A DNA stretch of 64,000 nucleotides from Bacteroidota bacterium (GTDB lineage: Bacteria; Bacteroidota; Bacteroidia; 2-12-FULL-35-15). Below are positions 53,497 to 62,156 of this stretch, piece by piece. The position numbers and the translations under genes were made by a program. The stretch covers positions 19,213-83,212 of the forward strand of contig CANIQT010000016.1 in the NCBI GenBank assembly GCA_947469885.1, given 5' to 3'. The notes under the pieces were generated by a model. It had not been told where the DNA came from. It worked only from the letters and a program-made list of their open reading frames with translations, and ran no database searches. Position 1 is the stretch's first letter; each line of letters starts with the position of its first letter.

Positions 53497-55721
53497 AGTG
53501 AACACCTCAGCGTAAAATAAACGCCCCTGCCCCTGGTGGTATATCCTTTAATTTCCGAATATTTTTCATCAAACACATTTTCAACTCTTAGCATTGCACT
53601 CAAACCTTTGAAAATATCGAAGTGAGCGGATAAGTCAAGCAATGTGTAAGGCTCCACTCCTACTGTGCCAAGTGCGCCATAAGGAGGAAGAGAAGAATCA
53701 TAAAACACATCGCTTCTTGCTCCAGCATGACGCATATCTGCCCGAAGCGAAAGTTTTTTAATGGGTTTGTAAGTCAGCGAAAGATTGGCTGTGTTTGGTC
53801 TTCGAGTCAAGCCTGTTATTTCAACTTCTTTATTAATAAATGCTCCGTTATTGAAAAGCTGAACATGATTTCCGCGTGTTTGAGTGGTATCAATGTCATC
53901 GGGGTGGTAATACAACTTTCCTGTAACCAAACTTAAATTACCTGAAACACTGCATTTTTCTCCAAGTTTAGAACTAAAGCCAAGTTCGATGCCTTCTGTT
54001 TTCATCGTTCCAAGATTAAGGTATGTCTCGCCCCTGTAATCATCTCTGGCTCCTTGCCCAAGGGTATCTATGCCGATATTTTTATCCCATAAATACACAT
54101 ATTCAATTACATTTTTTACTTCTGTCTGAAAATAAGTAGCCGACAAAGTAATGTTATTAAAATGCTGTTTGAAGCCAACTTCAATGGTTTTCGACTCTTC
54201 GGGTTTTAGTTTTTTATTACCAAGAGTAAGTCCTGTGGTCGAATTATTATCCCATGTATAATATCTTGAAGCATCATACAATTGATACAAAGATGGAGCA
54301 TTGTAGCCAGTAGCATAGGTTGCGTAGAGCAAACCACCATCCATTATTTTTACCGAAGGATTAATTTCATACGTAACGTTTGTTCCAAACACATTATGAT
54401 TGGTCATTCTCAGCCCTCCCGAAAGGGTAAATGCTTTTATTTTTTCTGAAATAAGTTCTCCTCCAATATCTGTATGTAAAAAAATATTGGCTGTGGAAGA
54501 ATGAGGATTAACAGAGTCGGATGAGGTTTCAATTGAATTGTATTGAGGCGGAAAAAAATTGTAGGAATCCAAATAATAAAGTAACGTGTTTGCCGTCATA
54601 CTTTCGCTGTTAGCACCTCCACCCAAAACCACGTTCAATCCTTTCGTTGCATAGTTTGCCTGCAATTCGTTGCTTATTAATTTGCCTGAATAAATACTTC
54701 TGTCATACATTTTATTATAATTATTATTGTTGTCAACCAAAGATGAGTCGTTGATTGAAATCCGCTTCATCACTGAGTATCCGCCCGTGTAATTCAAATT
54801 AAATTTATCAGATATTTTAAATTTCGCTCCGTATGTAAACAAATCACGATGAAAATTTACGGTGTAATTATCATCATCGGTATAAGCTGATTTATCAATA
54901 TCAGCCTGCTGTTGCGTATATTTATAAGAAGCATAAACATCCAATTTTTTGTTGATAAAACCAGCTTTTACATTCGCATCCCATTTATTAAAACCATCGC
55001 TCAAATCTTTATGCTGATAGGTGGAAGCCCTGGTTACAGTATCCACGGTGGCATTCAAACCTTTCGTTTTTTCGTTTGCGCCTTCGGCAGAAAAATAGAT
55101 ACCGTTTTTCAAGGCATAACCAGCATATATGTTACTATTGCTGAATTGAGTTCCTTTTCCAAAACTGCCTTCTGTGTCGTATATATCAAGGGTTAATCCG
55201 GGCTTGGTTACTTTTTTAGTAATAATATTCACCACTCCCCCAATTGCCGATGAGCCATACATGGTACTGTGCGAGCCTCGCACAATTTCAATCCTGTCAA
55301 TATTAACCAAAGCCAATTCAGCCACATCAATAGAATTATTGATTGCCGAAGGGTCGGTAATTCTCATTCCATCCACCATAATCACAGTTTGATTACTATT
55401 GGCACCTCTGGTAAAAATACTGGAAGTCATTCCCGGATTTTGCCCTGCACCCACCATGTAAATTCCTTCTTGCTGAGAAAGCACCTCTGCAATCGAATTA
55501 GCACCCGACTTTTTTATGTCGTCAGAAGTAATAATGGAGATACTTCTACCTACTTCATTTACATTTCTCTCGCTTCGCGAAGCAGAAATAACTACTTCAT
55601 TCAATTGCTTGTTTACGATTGAATCCGTTTTTGATTTTGTTTTTAATGAATCTTGTGCAGATACATTCATGGTCAGCATAGCCAGTATGCCTGTTGTAAG
55701 AAATAATTTTTCCTTTTTCAT
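53493..55721 (-). CDS. btuB: TonB-dependent receptor, probable cobalamin/corrinoid transporter
   Basis: It has a signal peptide (..NVSAQ), a plug domain (VVISASRSE...GANSIAEVL) and a C-terminal beta-barrel. It lies downstream of a cobalamin riboswitch. I set the start at MKKEKLF. Confidence 0.7.
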   Translation of the reverse strand: MKKEKLFLTTGILAMLTMNVSAQDSLKTKSKTDSIVNKQLNEVVISASRSERNVNEVGRSISIITSDDIKKSGANSIAEVLSQQEGIYMVGAGQNPGMTSSIFTRGANSNQTVIMVDGMRITDPSAINNSIDVAELALVNIDRIEIVRGSHSTMYGSSAIGGVVNIITKKVTKPGLTLDIYDTEGSFGKGTQFSNSNIYAGYALKNGIYFSAEGANEKTKGLNATVDTVTRASTYQHKDLSDGFNKWDANVKAGFINKKLDVYASYKYTQQQADIDKSAYTDDDNYTVNFHRDLFTYGAKFKISDKFNLNYTGGYSVMKRISINDSSLVDNNNNYNKMYDRSIYSGKLISNELQANYATKGLNVVLGGGANSESMTANTLLYYLDSYNFFPPQYNSIETSSDSVNPHSSTANIFLHTDIGGELISEKIKAFTLSGGLRMTNHNVFGTNVTYEINPSVKIMDGGLLYATYATGYNAPSLYQLYDASRYYTWDNNSTTGLTLGNKKLKPEESKTIEVGFKQHFNNITLSATYFQTEVKNVIEYVYLWDKNIGIDTLGQGARDDYRGETYLNLGTMKTEGIELGFSSKLGEKCSVSGNLSLVTGKLYYHPDDIDTTQTRGNHVQLFNNGAFINKEVEITGLTRRPNTANLSLTYKPIKKLSLRADMRHAGARSDVFYDSSLPPYGALGTVGVEPYTLLDLSAHFDIFKGLSAMLRVENVFDEKYSEIKGYTTRGRGVYFTLRCSL

Positions 55722-55737
55722 TTTTAAATGATTTTTA

Positions 55738-55786
55738 GACCTCACCCCTGTCCCCTCCCCTTGAAAAAAGGGGAGGGGTGAAATGG
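55738..55786. repeat. G/C-rich palindromic intergenic repeat, copy 3
   Basis: Sequence is gacctcacccctgtCCCCTCCCCttgaaaaaaGGGGAGGGGtgaaatgg, in the leader between the riboswitch and the receptor ATG. Confidence 0.8.
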
Positions 55787-55864
55787 AATGAAATAATTTA
55801 ATAATAAAAGGAATAAAAAGGGAACGGATAAGATGATTGAAGACTTGTCCATTCTAAGCTTTTT

Positions 55865-56078
55865 ACCCGAAAGCATTGAATTGTTCAGTATGGCAGGTCT
55901 TCTGACTTGTTCCGGTTTTTAACGCCTTCCCGTATTTTGAATTTCAAATTTAAAATTTCAAATTAGATACAGTGGCAAGAATGATAAAAACTAAAAAAGA
56001 ACTTACAGCATCGGGAAATGTCCAGGTTTTTCACCTGATTCCCTTTTAATTCTTCGATAAAGAAGAAACCAAATTGCG
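55865..56078 (-). promoter_or_regulatory. Cobalamin (B12) riboswitch
   Basis: The minus strand reads AAAAGGGAAtcaGGTGaAAaaCCtgGaCatttCCCGatgCTGTAAg ... tGCCACTGtat..acGGGAAGGCg ... AAGTCAGAAGACCTGCC. The last element is the B12 box at 55892-55908. Confidence 0.85.
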
Positions 56079-56081
56079 AGG

Positions 56082-56089
56082 CAAAAGTA
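56082..56089 (-). promoter_or_regulatory. Candidate -7 box (TACTTTTG) driving the riboswitch-receptor transcript
   Basis: It matches TAnnTTTG on the minus strand immediately 5' of the riboswitch. Confidence 0.35.
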
Positions 56090-56154
56090 GCATAAAATTA
56101 ATTGCTAAATTGTTTTATTGTTAAACTGTTTATTGCTTTGTGTTCTTTGTGTGA

Positions 56155-56162
56155 TACCTTTG
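56155..56162 (+). promoter_or_regulatory. Candidate -7 box (TACCTTTG) for the pseudouridine synthase gene
   Basis: It matches TAnnTTTG 49 nt upstream of the ATG at 56211. Confidence 0.3.
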
Positions 56163-56183
56163 TGCACTTTGTGGTTAATTCTT

Positions 56184-56216
56184 AACCATTGAACTAATGA
56201 GTAATGACCAATGACA
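56184..56216. repeat. Heptanucleotide array (TAATGAG/TAATGAC/CAATGAC)
   Basis: Sequence is aaccattgaactaatgagtaatgaccaatgac. The last unit supplies the ATG at 56211. Confidence 0.7.
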
Positions 56217-56729
56217 ATAATAGCCTACAACAAACCAAACGGAATAATATGCACTACCGAAAAGGTAGAAGACAATATTATAGATGCCGTTAAACACCCC
56301 GAAAAACTAATCCCAATAGGAAGATTAGATAAAAATTCGGAAGGATTAATTTTACTGACGGATACCGGAAGCATCATCAACAAAATAATTCATCCCGATT
56401 TTGAACACGAAAAAGAATACATAGTAACTCTTAATTATCCGTTAAGAAACCAGTTTTTGAAACAAATGGCAGAAGGCATTGACCTTGGTGATGCTATTAC
56501 AAAACCCTGCATCATTACCCGTGAACCAAATACAAAACGGGTTTTTCGCATAATATTAAAACAAGGCTTACACCGCCAAATCCGTAGAATGTGTAATAAA
56601 ATGGATTATCAAGTGATCAAAATTCAGCGGGTGAGAATTATGAATATTAAACTTGGAAAGTTAAAAATTGGAGAATGGAGGGAGTTAACTCAAGAAGAAA
56701 TGACAGAGTTGTTGCTTCAGTTAGGCTAA
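56211..56729 (+). CDS. RsuA/RluF-family pseudouridine synthase catalytic domain without S4 domain
   Basis: It has AYNKPNGIICT and the catalytic-Asp motif GRLDKNSEGLILLTDTG, plus REY-like downstream motifs. No N-terminal S4 module is present in any frame upstream. Confidence 0.7.
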   Translation: MTIIAYNKPNGIICTTEKVEDNIIDAVKHPEKLIPIGRLDKNSEGLILLTDTGSIINKIIHPDFEHEKEYIVTLNYPLRNQFLKQMAEGIDLGDAITKPCIITREPNTKRVFRIILKQGLHRQIRRMCNKMDYQVIKIQRVRIMNIKLGKLKIGEWRELTQEEMTELLLQLG

Positions 56730-56731
56730 AT

Positions 56732-56768
56732 AAAAAACCTCCTCCGAACTAACGGAGGAGGTTTTTTA
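56732..56768. terminator. Bidirectional intrinsic terminator
   Basis: Sequence aaaaaacctcctccg-aactaa-cggaggaggtttttt, between convergent genes. Confidence 0.8.
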
Positions 56769-56787
56769 TTTCTTAACTAATTAATTC

Positions 56788-57714
56788 CTAGAAGTGGAAA
56801 GTAACTCTTAAAGAAGTAGTTCCTGTGTTTGAACCGTGGAAACCAAAAATAGTGTTTTGGTTCAAATCAGTATCAATACCAAATTTAGAAGAACCACTAG
56901 TTATAGTTTCGATTGTTCCAACTTCAGCACCGTTAGCACCTGTTCCAAGAGATTCAGTAGAAGATTTTCCTTTTCCAGAACTTTGGAAACCAAGTCCCCA
57001 ACCGTATTCAGCACCAACCGCAATTTTAGGGAAGATGAAATACTCAGCACCGATGAAACCACGAACTCCAAAACCAAAAGTCATACCTGATTTAGATGTA
57101 GTTGTACGAGCAGCATTTCCATAAGAATCGGTAGAAAGATTACTTCCGAAATCGTTTGTGTTACCAGAAACACCAATTTGGTGACCAGCTGTTGCAGAAA
57201 GAGCATTACCATAAGTGTATTTAGTAGCACTACTTGATAACCAAATCATCAAATCAGCACCATAATACCCTTGCAAACGAGTTTTGCCTCTTCTCCATTC
57301 TTTACCAACACCAATTCCGATGTTAGTGTTTTTCATCGCCATTTTGTCTTCCACCATTGCAGGAGCAGCAGGATAAACCGCAGCAGTTACATCAGCTTGA
57401 GCAACCATTGCTTTAGAAGACTGACTAGTGAAACCAATACGAACCAACGCTCTGTAAGCAGTTTTTTCGTCAATAAATTTTTTGCCGATGATGGTGTGTT
57501 CACCATTCATCCAGTTAACTGCAGGTGCAGAATTTGTTGTTGTTGCACCACTAAATGCGTTTCCTACGAATTGAAAAATAGGATCTGCATTCATACTGAT
57601 TGCCCAATCATTTGCCTCTGGCAACATTGGCTCACCTTTTTTAGAGGTTAAATCTTGCGCAAAAGCACCGGTTACTCCAAGTGCTAAAGCAATTACTAGA
57701 ACTGTTTTTTTCAT
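56788..57714 (-). CDS. Outer-membrane beta-barrel protein (porin-like)
   Basis: It has a signal peptide (..GAFAQ), alternating beta-strand pattern, Gly/Ser/Thr-rich loops and a C-terminal aromatic (..LRVTFHF). Confidence 0.6.
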   Translation of the reverse strand: MKKTVLVIALALGVTGAFAQDLTSKKGEPMLPEANDWAISMNADPIFQFVGNAFSGATTTNSAPAVNWMNGEHTIIGKKFIDEKTAYRALVRIGFTSQSSKAMVAQADVTAAVYPAAPAMVEDKMAMKNTNIGIGVGKEWRRGKTRLQGYYGADLMIWLSSSATKYTYGNALSATAGHQIGVSGNTNDFGSNLSTDSYGNAARTTTSKSGMTFGFGVRGFIGAEYFIFPKIAVGAEYGWGLGFQSSGKGKSSTESLGTGANGAEVGTIETITSGSSKFGIDTDLNQNTIFGFHGSNTGTTSLRVTFHF

Positions 57715-57773
57715 TTTTTTGTTGTTTAGTTTAATTGTTTTTGTTTATTAATATGTTTCTAAAATTAACGGCA

Positions 57774-57781
57774 CAAAGGTA
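57774..57781 (-). promoter_or_regulatory. Candidate -7 box (TACCTTTG) for the porin gene
   Basis: It matches TAnnTTTG on the minus strand about 60 nt upstream of the ATG at 57714. Confidence 0.3.
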
Positions 57782-57861
57782 TATATTATTTCAAAACAGA
57801 CAACTGATAGATATCATACTTATTGTTAACACGGCTATGTTAACAACTATTAACACTTGTC

Positions 57862-60741
57862 TTATTTTATAGTTATTTCATCTATAAAAATAAAAGCATC
57901 GCCCCCTGCTCCTTGATGCCAGGCGGGTAGTTTACCAAAGTTGGTGGCTTTTACTTTTATGTACCTTGCAGTAATTTTTTTGCTCTCTTTTGATGCAAAT
58001 TCTTTTACCTGATTTTGATTATCATTGGGTTCAACGGTGTTTAAAACAGTAGCTGCTAACGCAAAATTTAAATTATCCAAAGAGGTATAGAATTCTACTT
58101 TTGTTGGCATCAGTATCCACGAACGGGAATCTTGCAAGAAACCAGCACTGAAACTACTTACCGACTGAGGTTTGCCCATATCCACCACCGCTTCAAAGTC
58201 CTGACCCTGATAGCCCTGCCATTCTCCTTTTCGCCAATCTACCTCTCCTCTTATTCCATCAATTATTCCATCATCGCCACCGGCTGTGTATTGGGGATTG
58301 CATTTGGAGGTAATACTTATTTTCCAGTTATGAGGCATTTTATAAAAGGTGCCTGATGTTACAAAGCTTTGTTCTCCTTTTTGATTTACCACTATGGTTT
58401 TAATGATGGTAGTTTTATCTATACTAATAGGTGTGAAGTATTTGGTTGATTTGTCAGTAGGTGTAGCTCCATCTATACTATAATATAAAGTAGCTTCTGG
58501 ATAAATTGATTTGAGTTCTATCTGCAATTTATCTTTAAAAACTCTTGAAGCTGCTTGAATGGTTGGAACTACAATCAAATCATTGGCTCCTGATGGCATT
58601 GGCAAATGATTGTCCTCATCTGCTTTAGGAGTTGATGCCATGGTAAAAACTAAGACGCAACCATTCATTATATCTTCATAATTAATGGAATTCGATTTAT
58701 ATTCCTTTCCATCCAAAGTAGAAGATTGAATATAGAAATTGTCTTTTGAAACCTCTTTGGCAGAAAGGCTAAACGTTTTTCCATTTTCGAGGTGAATTTT
58801 TGCTTCCTTATATAAAGGTGTGCCGAACATATAACTTGCCGAACCGGGAGCTACTTCGTAAATACCCAAGGTACTCAACACATACCATGCACTCATTTGC
58901 CCGCAATCTTCGTTTCCAATCAATCCATCGGGCAATGGTTTATAAAAATCTGTGACTATCTGATGTACCCTTTGCTGGGTTTTCGAAGATTTACCTACAT
59001 AATCATAAAGATAAGCCATGTGGTGACTTGGCTCATTGCCATGTGCATATTGCCCAATCAATCCTGAAATATCAGGCTGTTCTCTGCCTGTAGTTTTGTT
59101 AGAGGTAGTAAATAATTCATCCAGCTTTTTTTCAAATTTATCCCAGCCTCCCATCATTATTGCTAATCCATAAACATTATGGGGAACAAAAAAGGTGTAT
59201 TGCCATGAGTTGCCTTCGGTAAAGTTGTTGTTTACTTCTCTTGGTTCGAAAGGAGTAAGCCATCCACCGTTTTTGCGGGGACGCATAAAGCCTGTTTCTT
59301 TGTCAAACACATTTTTCCAGTATTGTGAACGTTTGCTGTAGGTAGCTTCGTCTTCCTTTTTATTCAAGAGTTTTGCCATTTGGGCAATGCACCAATCGTC
59401 ATAAGCATATTCCAAGGTTTTGGAAACAGATTCCGATTCATCTTCCAACGCCAAATAACCATGGTCTTGATAAGCTGGCAAACCTAAGTGGTTCCAAGTG
59501 GCTGATTTTTTCATTGCTTCAAAAGCCAAATTCATGTCAAAGTCTGTTATTCCTTTGGAGGCTGCATCGGCAATAACAGATACGGAATGATAACCAATCA
59601 TGCAATCGGTTTCGTTGCTTGCCAGTTCCCACACCGGCAACCTACCGCCTTGCTGGTATTGAGCCAGAAATGTTTTAATAAAATCGGTTGTTCTTTTTCT
59701 GTCAATGATGGTGTAAAGCGGGTGTGCTGCACGGAAAGTATCCCAAAGGGAAAACACGGAATAATAAGTAAATCCTTCTGCTTTGTGAATTTTGTTATCC
59801 CGCCCGCGGTACATTCCATCCACATCCTGTGCTACATTGGGCTGAATCATGGTGTGATAAAGGGCGGTGTAAAAGGTGCGGAGCTGGTCTTTGTCCAAAG
59901 TAGTGATTTCTATTTTGCCCAATTCTTTGTTCCAAAGGGCTTCGGCTTCATTCTTTGTTTTGTCGAAATCCCAGCCAAGAAGTTCGGCACTCATGTTTTT
60001 TTGAGCACCCTCGTAACTTACGGTGGAAATAGCAACTTTTACAAATAAATTTCCTGTAATTTTTGTATCGAAAGTAAAAATGGCTTTATCTCCTTCCTTG
60101 TTTTTAGTGGCTTTCATGGGTTCCGAAAATTCTATTCGGGCATAAATATATTGGTTGTTTGCCCACGCATGGCTCCGTCTGAGGGCAACTATTGTTTTTG
60201 CATCCACTATTTTTATTTCTCCTTCCAGTAATTTATCTCTGTGGGTTAAATCTAACACCACCGAAGCAGTGCCGGGTTTATTAAAGGTATATTTATGAAA
60301 ACCCACACGGGTGGTGGCGGTTAGTTCCACATCAATGTCGTCATCCTCTAGCTTCACTTTGTAATATCCCGGACTAGCTACTTCGTTTTTGTGAGAAAAA
60401 CGGGACGAATAGATTTTGTTGTCAAAACTTCCTTCGCCCAGCATGGGCATCAGCATAATATCTCCATAATCTGAACAACCTGTGCCACTTAGGTGAGTGT
60501 GCGAAAAGCCATAAATAATGGAATCGGAATGGTGATAGCCGCTGCATCCATCCCAACTGCCATCAATGCGCGTGTCGGGGCTCAGTTGCACCATGCCAAA
60601 GGGCACTGTTGCCCCAGGAAAGGTGTGCCCATGCCCTCCTGTGCCTATCATCGGGTCCACGTAAGAGGTTAAAGGCGTAGTTCCTGAATAAAAATAATAG
60701 CCAAATAGTATAAATATGGGGAGGAAGATGAGTCGTTTCAT
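57862..60741 (-). CDS. GH92-family alpha-mannosidase with C-terminal CHB_HEX_C-like and discoidin (F5/8 type C)-like modules
   Basis: It has VDPMIGTGGHGHTFPGATVPFGMVQLSPDT, FSHTHLSGTG and GNEPSHHMAYLY. The extra ~230 aa include LYYSIDGATPT and ARYIKVKATNFG. Confidence 0.85.
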   Translation of the reverse strand: MKRLIFLPIFILFGYYFYSGTTPLTSYVDPMIGTGGHGHTFPGATVPFGMVQLSPDTRIDGSWDGCSGYHHSDSIIYGFSHTHLSGTGCSDYGDIMLMPMLGEGSFDNKIYSSRFSHKNEVASPGYYKVKLEDDDIDVELTATTRVGFHKYTFNKPGTASVVLDLTHRDKLLEGEIKIVDAKTIVALRRSHAWANNQYIYARIEFSEPMKATKNKEGDKAIFTFDTKITGNLFVKVAISTVSYEGAQKNMSAELLGWDFDKTKNEAEALWNKELGKIEITTLDKDQLRTFYTALYHTMIQPNVAQDVDGMYRGRDNKIHKAEGFTYYSVFSLWDTFRAAHPLYTIIDRKRTTDFIKTFLAQYQQGGRLPVWELASNETDCMIGYHSVSVIADAASKGITDFDMNLAFEAMKKSATWNHLGLPAYQDHGYLALEDESESVSKTLEYAYDDWCIAQMAKLLNKKEDEATYSKRSQYWKNVFDKETGFMRPRKNGGWLTPFEPREVNNNFTEGNSWQYTFFVPHNVYGLAIMMGGWDKFEKKLDELFTTSNKTTGREQPDISGLIGQYAHGNEPSHHMAYLYDYVGKSSKTQQRVHQIVTDFYKPLPDGLIGNEDCGQMSAWYVLSTLGIYEVAPGSASYMFGTPLYKEAKIHLENGKTFSLSAKEVSKDNFYIQSSTLDGKEYKSNSINYEDIMNGCVLVFTMASTPKADEDNHLPMPSGANDLIVVPTIQAASRVFKDKLQIELKSIYPEATLYYSIDGATPTDKSTKYFTPISIDKTTIIKTIVVNQKGEQSFVTSGTFYKMPHNWKISITSKCNPQYTAGGDDGIIDGIRGEVDWRKGEWQGYQGQDFEAVVDMGKPQSVSSFSAGFLQDSRSWILMPTKVEFYTSLDNLNFALAATVLNTVEPNDNQNQVKEFASKESKKITARYIKVKATNFGKLPAWHQGAGGDAFIFIDEITIK

Positions 60742-60776
60742 TGGTTAGATATTAGTCATTGGTCATTGGTCATTGG
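60742..60776. repeat. Heptanucleotide tandem array (TCATTGG x3)
   Basis: Sequence is tggttagatattagtcattggtcattggtcattgg. It abuts the GH92 start codon, and in gene sense reads caatgac x3. Confidence 0.8.
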
Positions 60777-60837
60777 GTGATAACCTCCAAATTCGGAAAG
60801 AACCGAATTGGGAGGAAGGACAAATGTAATAAAATAA

Positions 60838-61405
60838 GTTTCAGATTCCAGATTTAAAATTTGAAATTTGAAATTTAAAATTTTTTGGGCAGACACCTTG
60901 TTTCTTCGTCTAACCAGCCTTCCCGCTTTCCGCTACAAGTCCGGCCACCCACTTTTGCCAACACACTGCGGGCTTTTCGCTACAATCGGGTGCAGTTTGA
61001 CAGTGTAGTGCCATGAATAACCTTTAAGTATGTTCGTAAAAAAATGTTAGCGAAAACACCAACAATACCCAAAAAACTAGGGTTTCTATCCATAAACTGC
61101 TATTTAAGACTTTCTACTTACGAGTTAAGAATCTCTTCTTAAAGGTTAAGACTCTCCACTTACAATTTAAGGAATTTTCTTCCATTGTGTTTGTATTTAC
61201 AAACAACTAACAACAAATAAAAGGTTCGATGAAAAACACGGCTGTCAACCTAAACCCGATTGTAGCGAAAAGCCCGAAGTGTGTTGGGTGGAGGGTGGTC
61301 GGACTTGTAGCGTAAAGCGGGAAGGCAGGTTGGAAGAGACAGAAGGGTTCTTTCCAAAAAAATTTCAAATTCCAAATTTGAAATTTGAAATCTGAGATTT
61401 ATTTT
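60838..61405. repeat. Giant imperfect palindrome: ~160-bp inverted arms around a ~250-bp centre (MITE-like or structured element)
   Basis: The left arm (60838-61003) and right arm (61252-61405) are reverse complements with scattered mismatches (..ccttcccgctttccgctacaagtccggccaccc..caacacactgcgggcttttcgctacaatcgggt..). The outer ends carry AAATTTG heptamer tracts. No ORF of at least 60 aa lies inside. Confidence 0.8.
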
Positions 61406-61411
61406 TGAGGC

Positions 61412-61449
61412 AAAAAAAACCCCGCTTCTAAACTTAGAAGCAGGGCTTT
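61412..61449 (-). terminator. Intrinsic terminator after the 61469-61951 gene
   Basis: The minus strand reads ccctgcttcta-agtt-tagaagcgggg followed by tttttttt. Confidence 0.7.
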
Positions 61450-61468
61450 AATCAATCAATCATCAATT

Positions 61469-61951
61469 TTATTTCATGTGTTTGAGGTTGACACCGTAAA
61501 GAATTACAAAAAGGATTGAGAAAATTAATCCAACTGTAGCCATGATGCCACCAACTAAGCCTAATCCCATAACTAATGGTAGGATTGGTTGGATAATTTC
61601 GAATACTGAATACACCCAGAATCCGGTTTTCTTTTGTTTCCACATAATTAATACACCTATTAATATAGGGATGTTTAATAATGCTTGAATCATGGCAACC
61701 ATTGCCATTTTTCCGTAATCCATGCCCAATGCTCCTGCCATTGCATTCATTGCGTTGTTCATGTCTTCGCCTGCTTCAGTTTTAAGTCCCCCAAACATGT
61801 CGCCAGTTGATGCTAATGCTGAGTAGGTAAAGTAGTTCATAATTCCTCCGATTAGTGCAAATGCAACTCCGATGAAAGAAAGGATGCAAAGTACTGTTAA
61901 GAAGGTTGGTCTTTTTGCTGGTGTACCAGCGTCTGTGTTTGTTTGTTCCAT
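61469..61951 (-). CDS. Small polytopic membrane protein (hypothetical)
   Basis: It has four predicted TM helices and a Gly/Met-rich loop. Confidence 0.5.
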   Translation of the reverse strand: MEQTNTDAGTPAKRPTFLTVLCILSFIGVAFALIGGIMNYFTYSALASTGDMFGGLKTEAGEDMNNAMNAMAGALGMDYGKMAMVAMIQALLNIPILIGVLIMWKQKKTGFWVYSVFEIIQPILPLVMGLGLVGGIMATVGLIFSILFVILYGVNLKHMK

Positions 61952-62077
61952 GTTTTTTAAGAGTTTTAGTTAATTATTTGGTTGTGATTTCGGGTGCTAA
62001 ATAAGTTAAAAAAAGTGGGCTAAAATTATATTTTGATTAAAACTTATTAACAATTTTTGGGAATATTTTTTATGGAA

Positions 62078-62156
62078 GTCCAAAGTCCAAAGTTAGAAAG
62101 TGCAAAGTTACTAAGTACAGAGCTAACTTTAGACTTTCTAACTTTGGACTTTGGAC
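62078..62156. repeat. Long hairpin built from TCCAAAG heptamers (24-bp perfect arms)
   Basis: gtccaaagtccaaagttagaaagt (62078-62101) is the exact reverse complement of actttctaactttggactttggac (62133-62156). The right arm encodes the last residues of the M61 peptidase. Confidence 0.85.

Noticed and set aside
55722-55745. Upstream extension of the TonB-dependent receptor (MRSKNHLK)
   Set aside because: The extension reads into the G/C-rich palindromic repeat. MKKEKLF followed by a hydrophobic signal peptide is the more plausible start.
60838-61405. Classical invertible promoter (inverton) upstream of GH92
   Set aside because: The arms are about 160 bp and imperfect, not the short, near-perfect IRs typical of invertons. 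No site-specific recombinase is nearby. I kept it only as one untested possibility.
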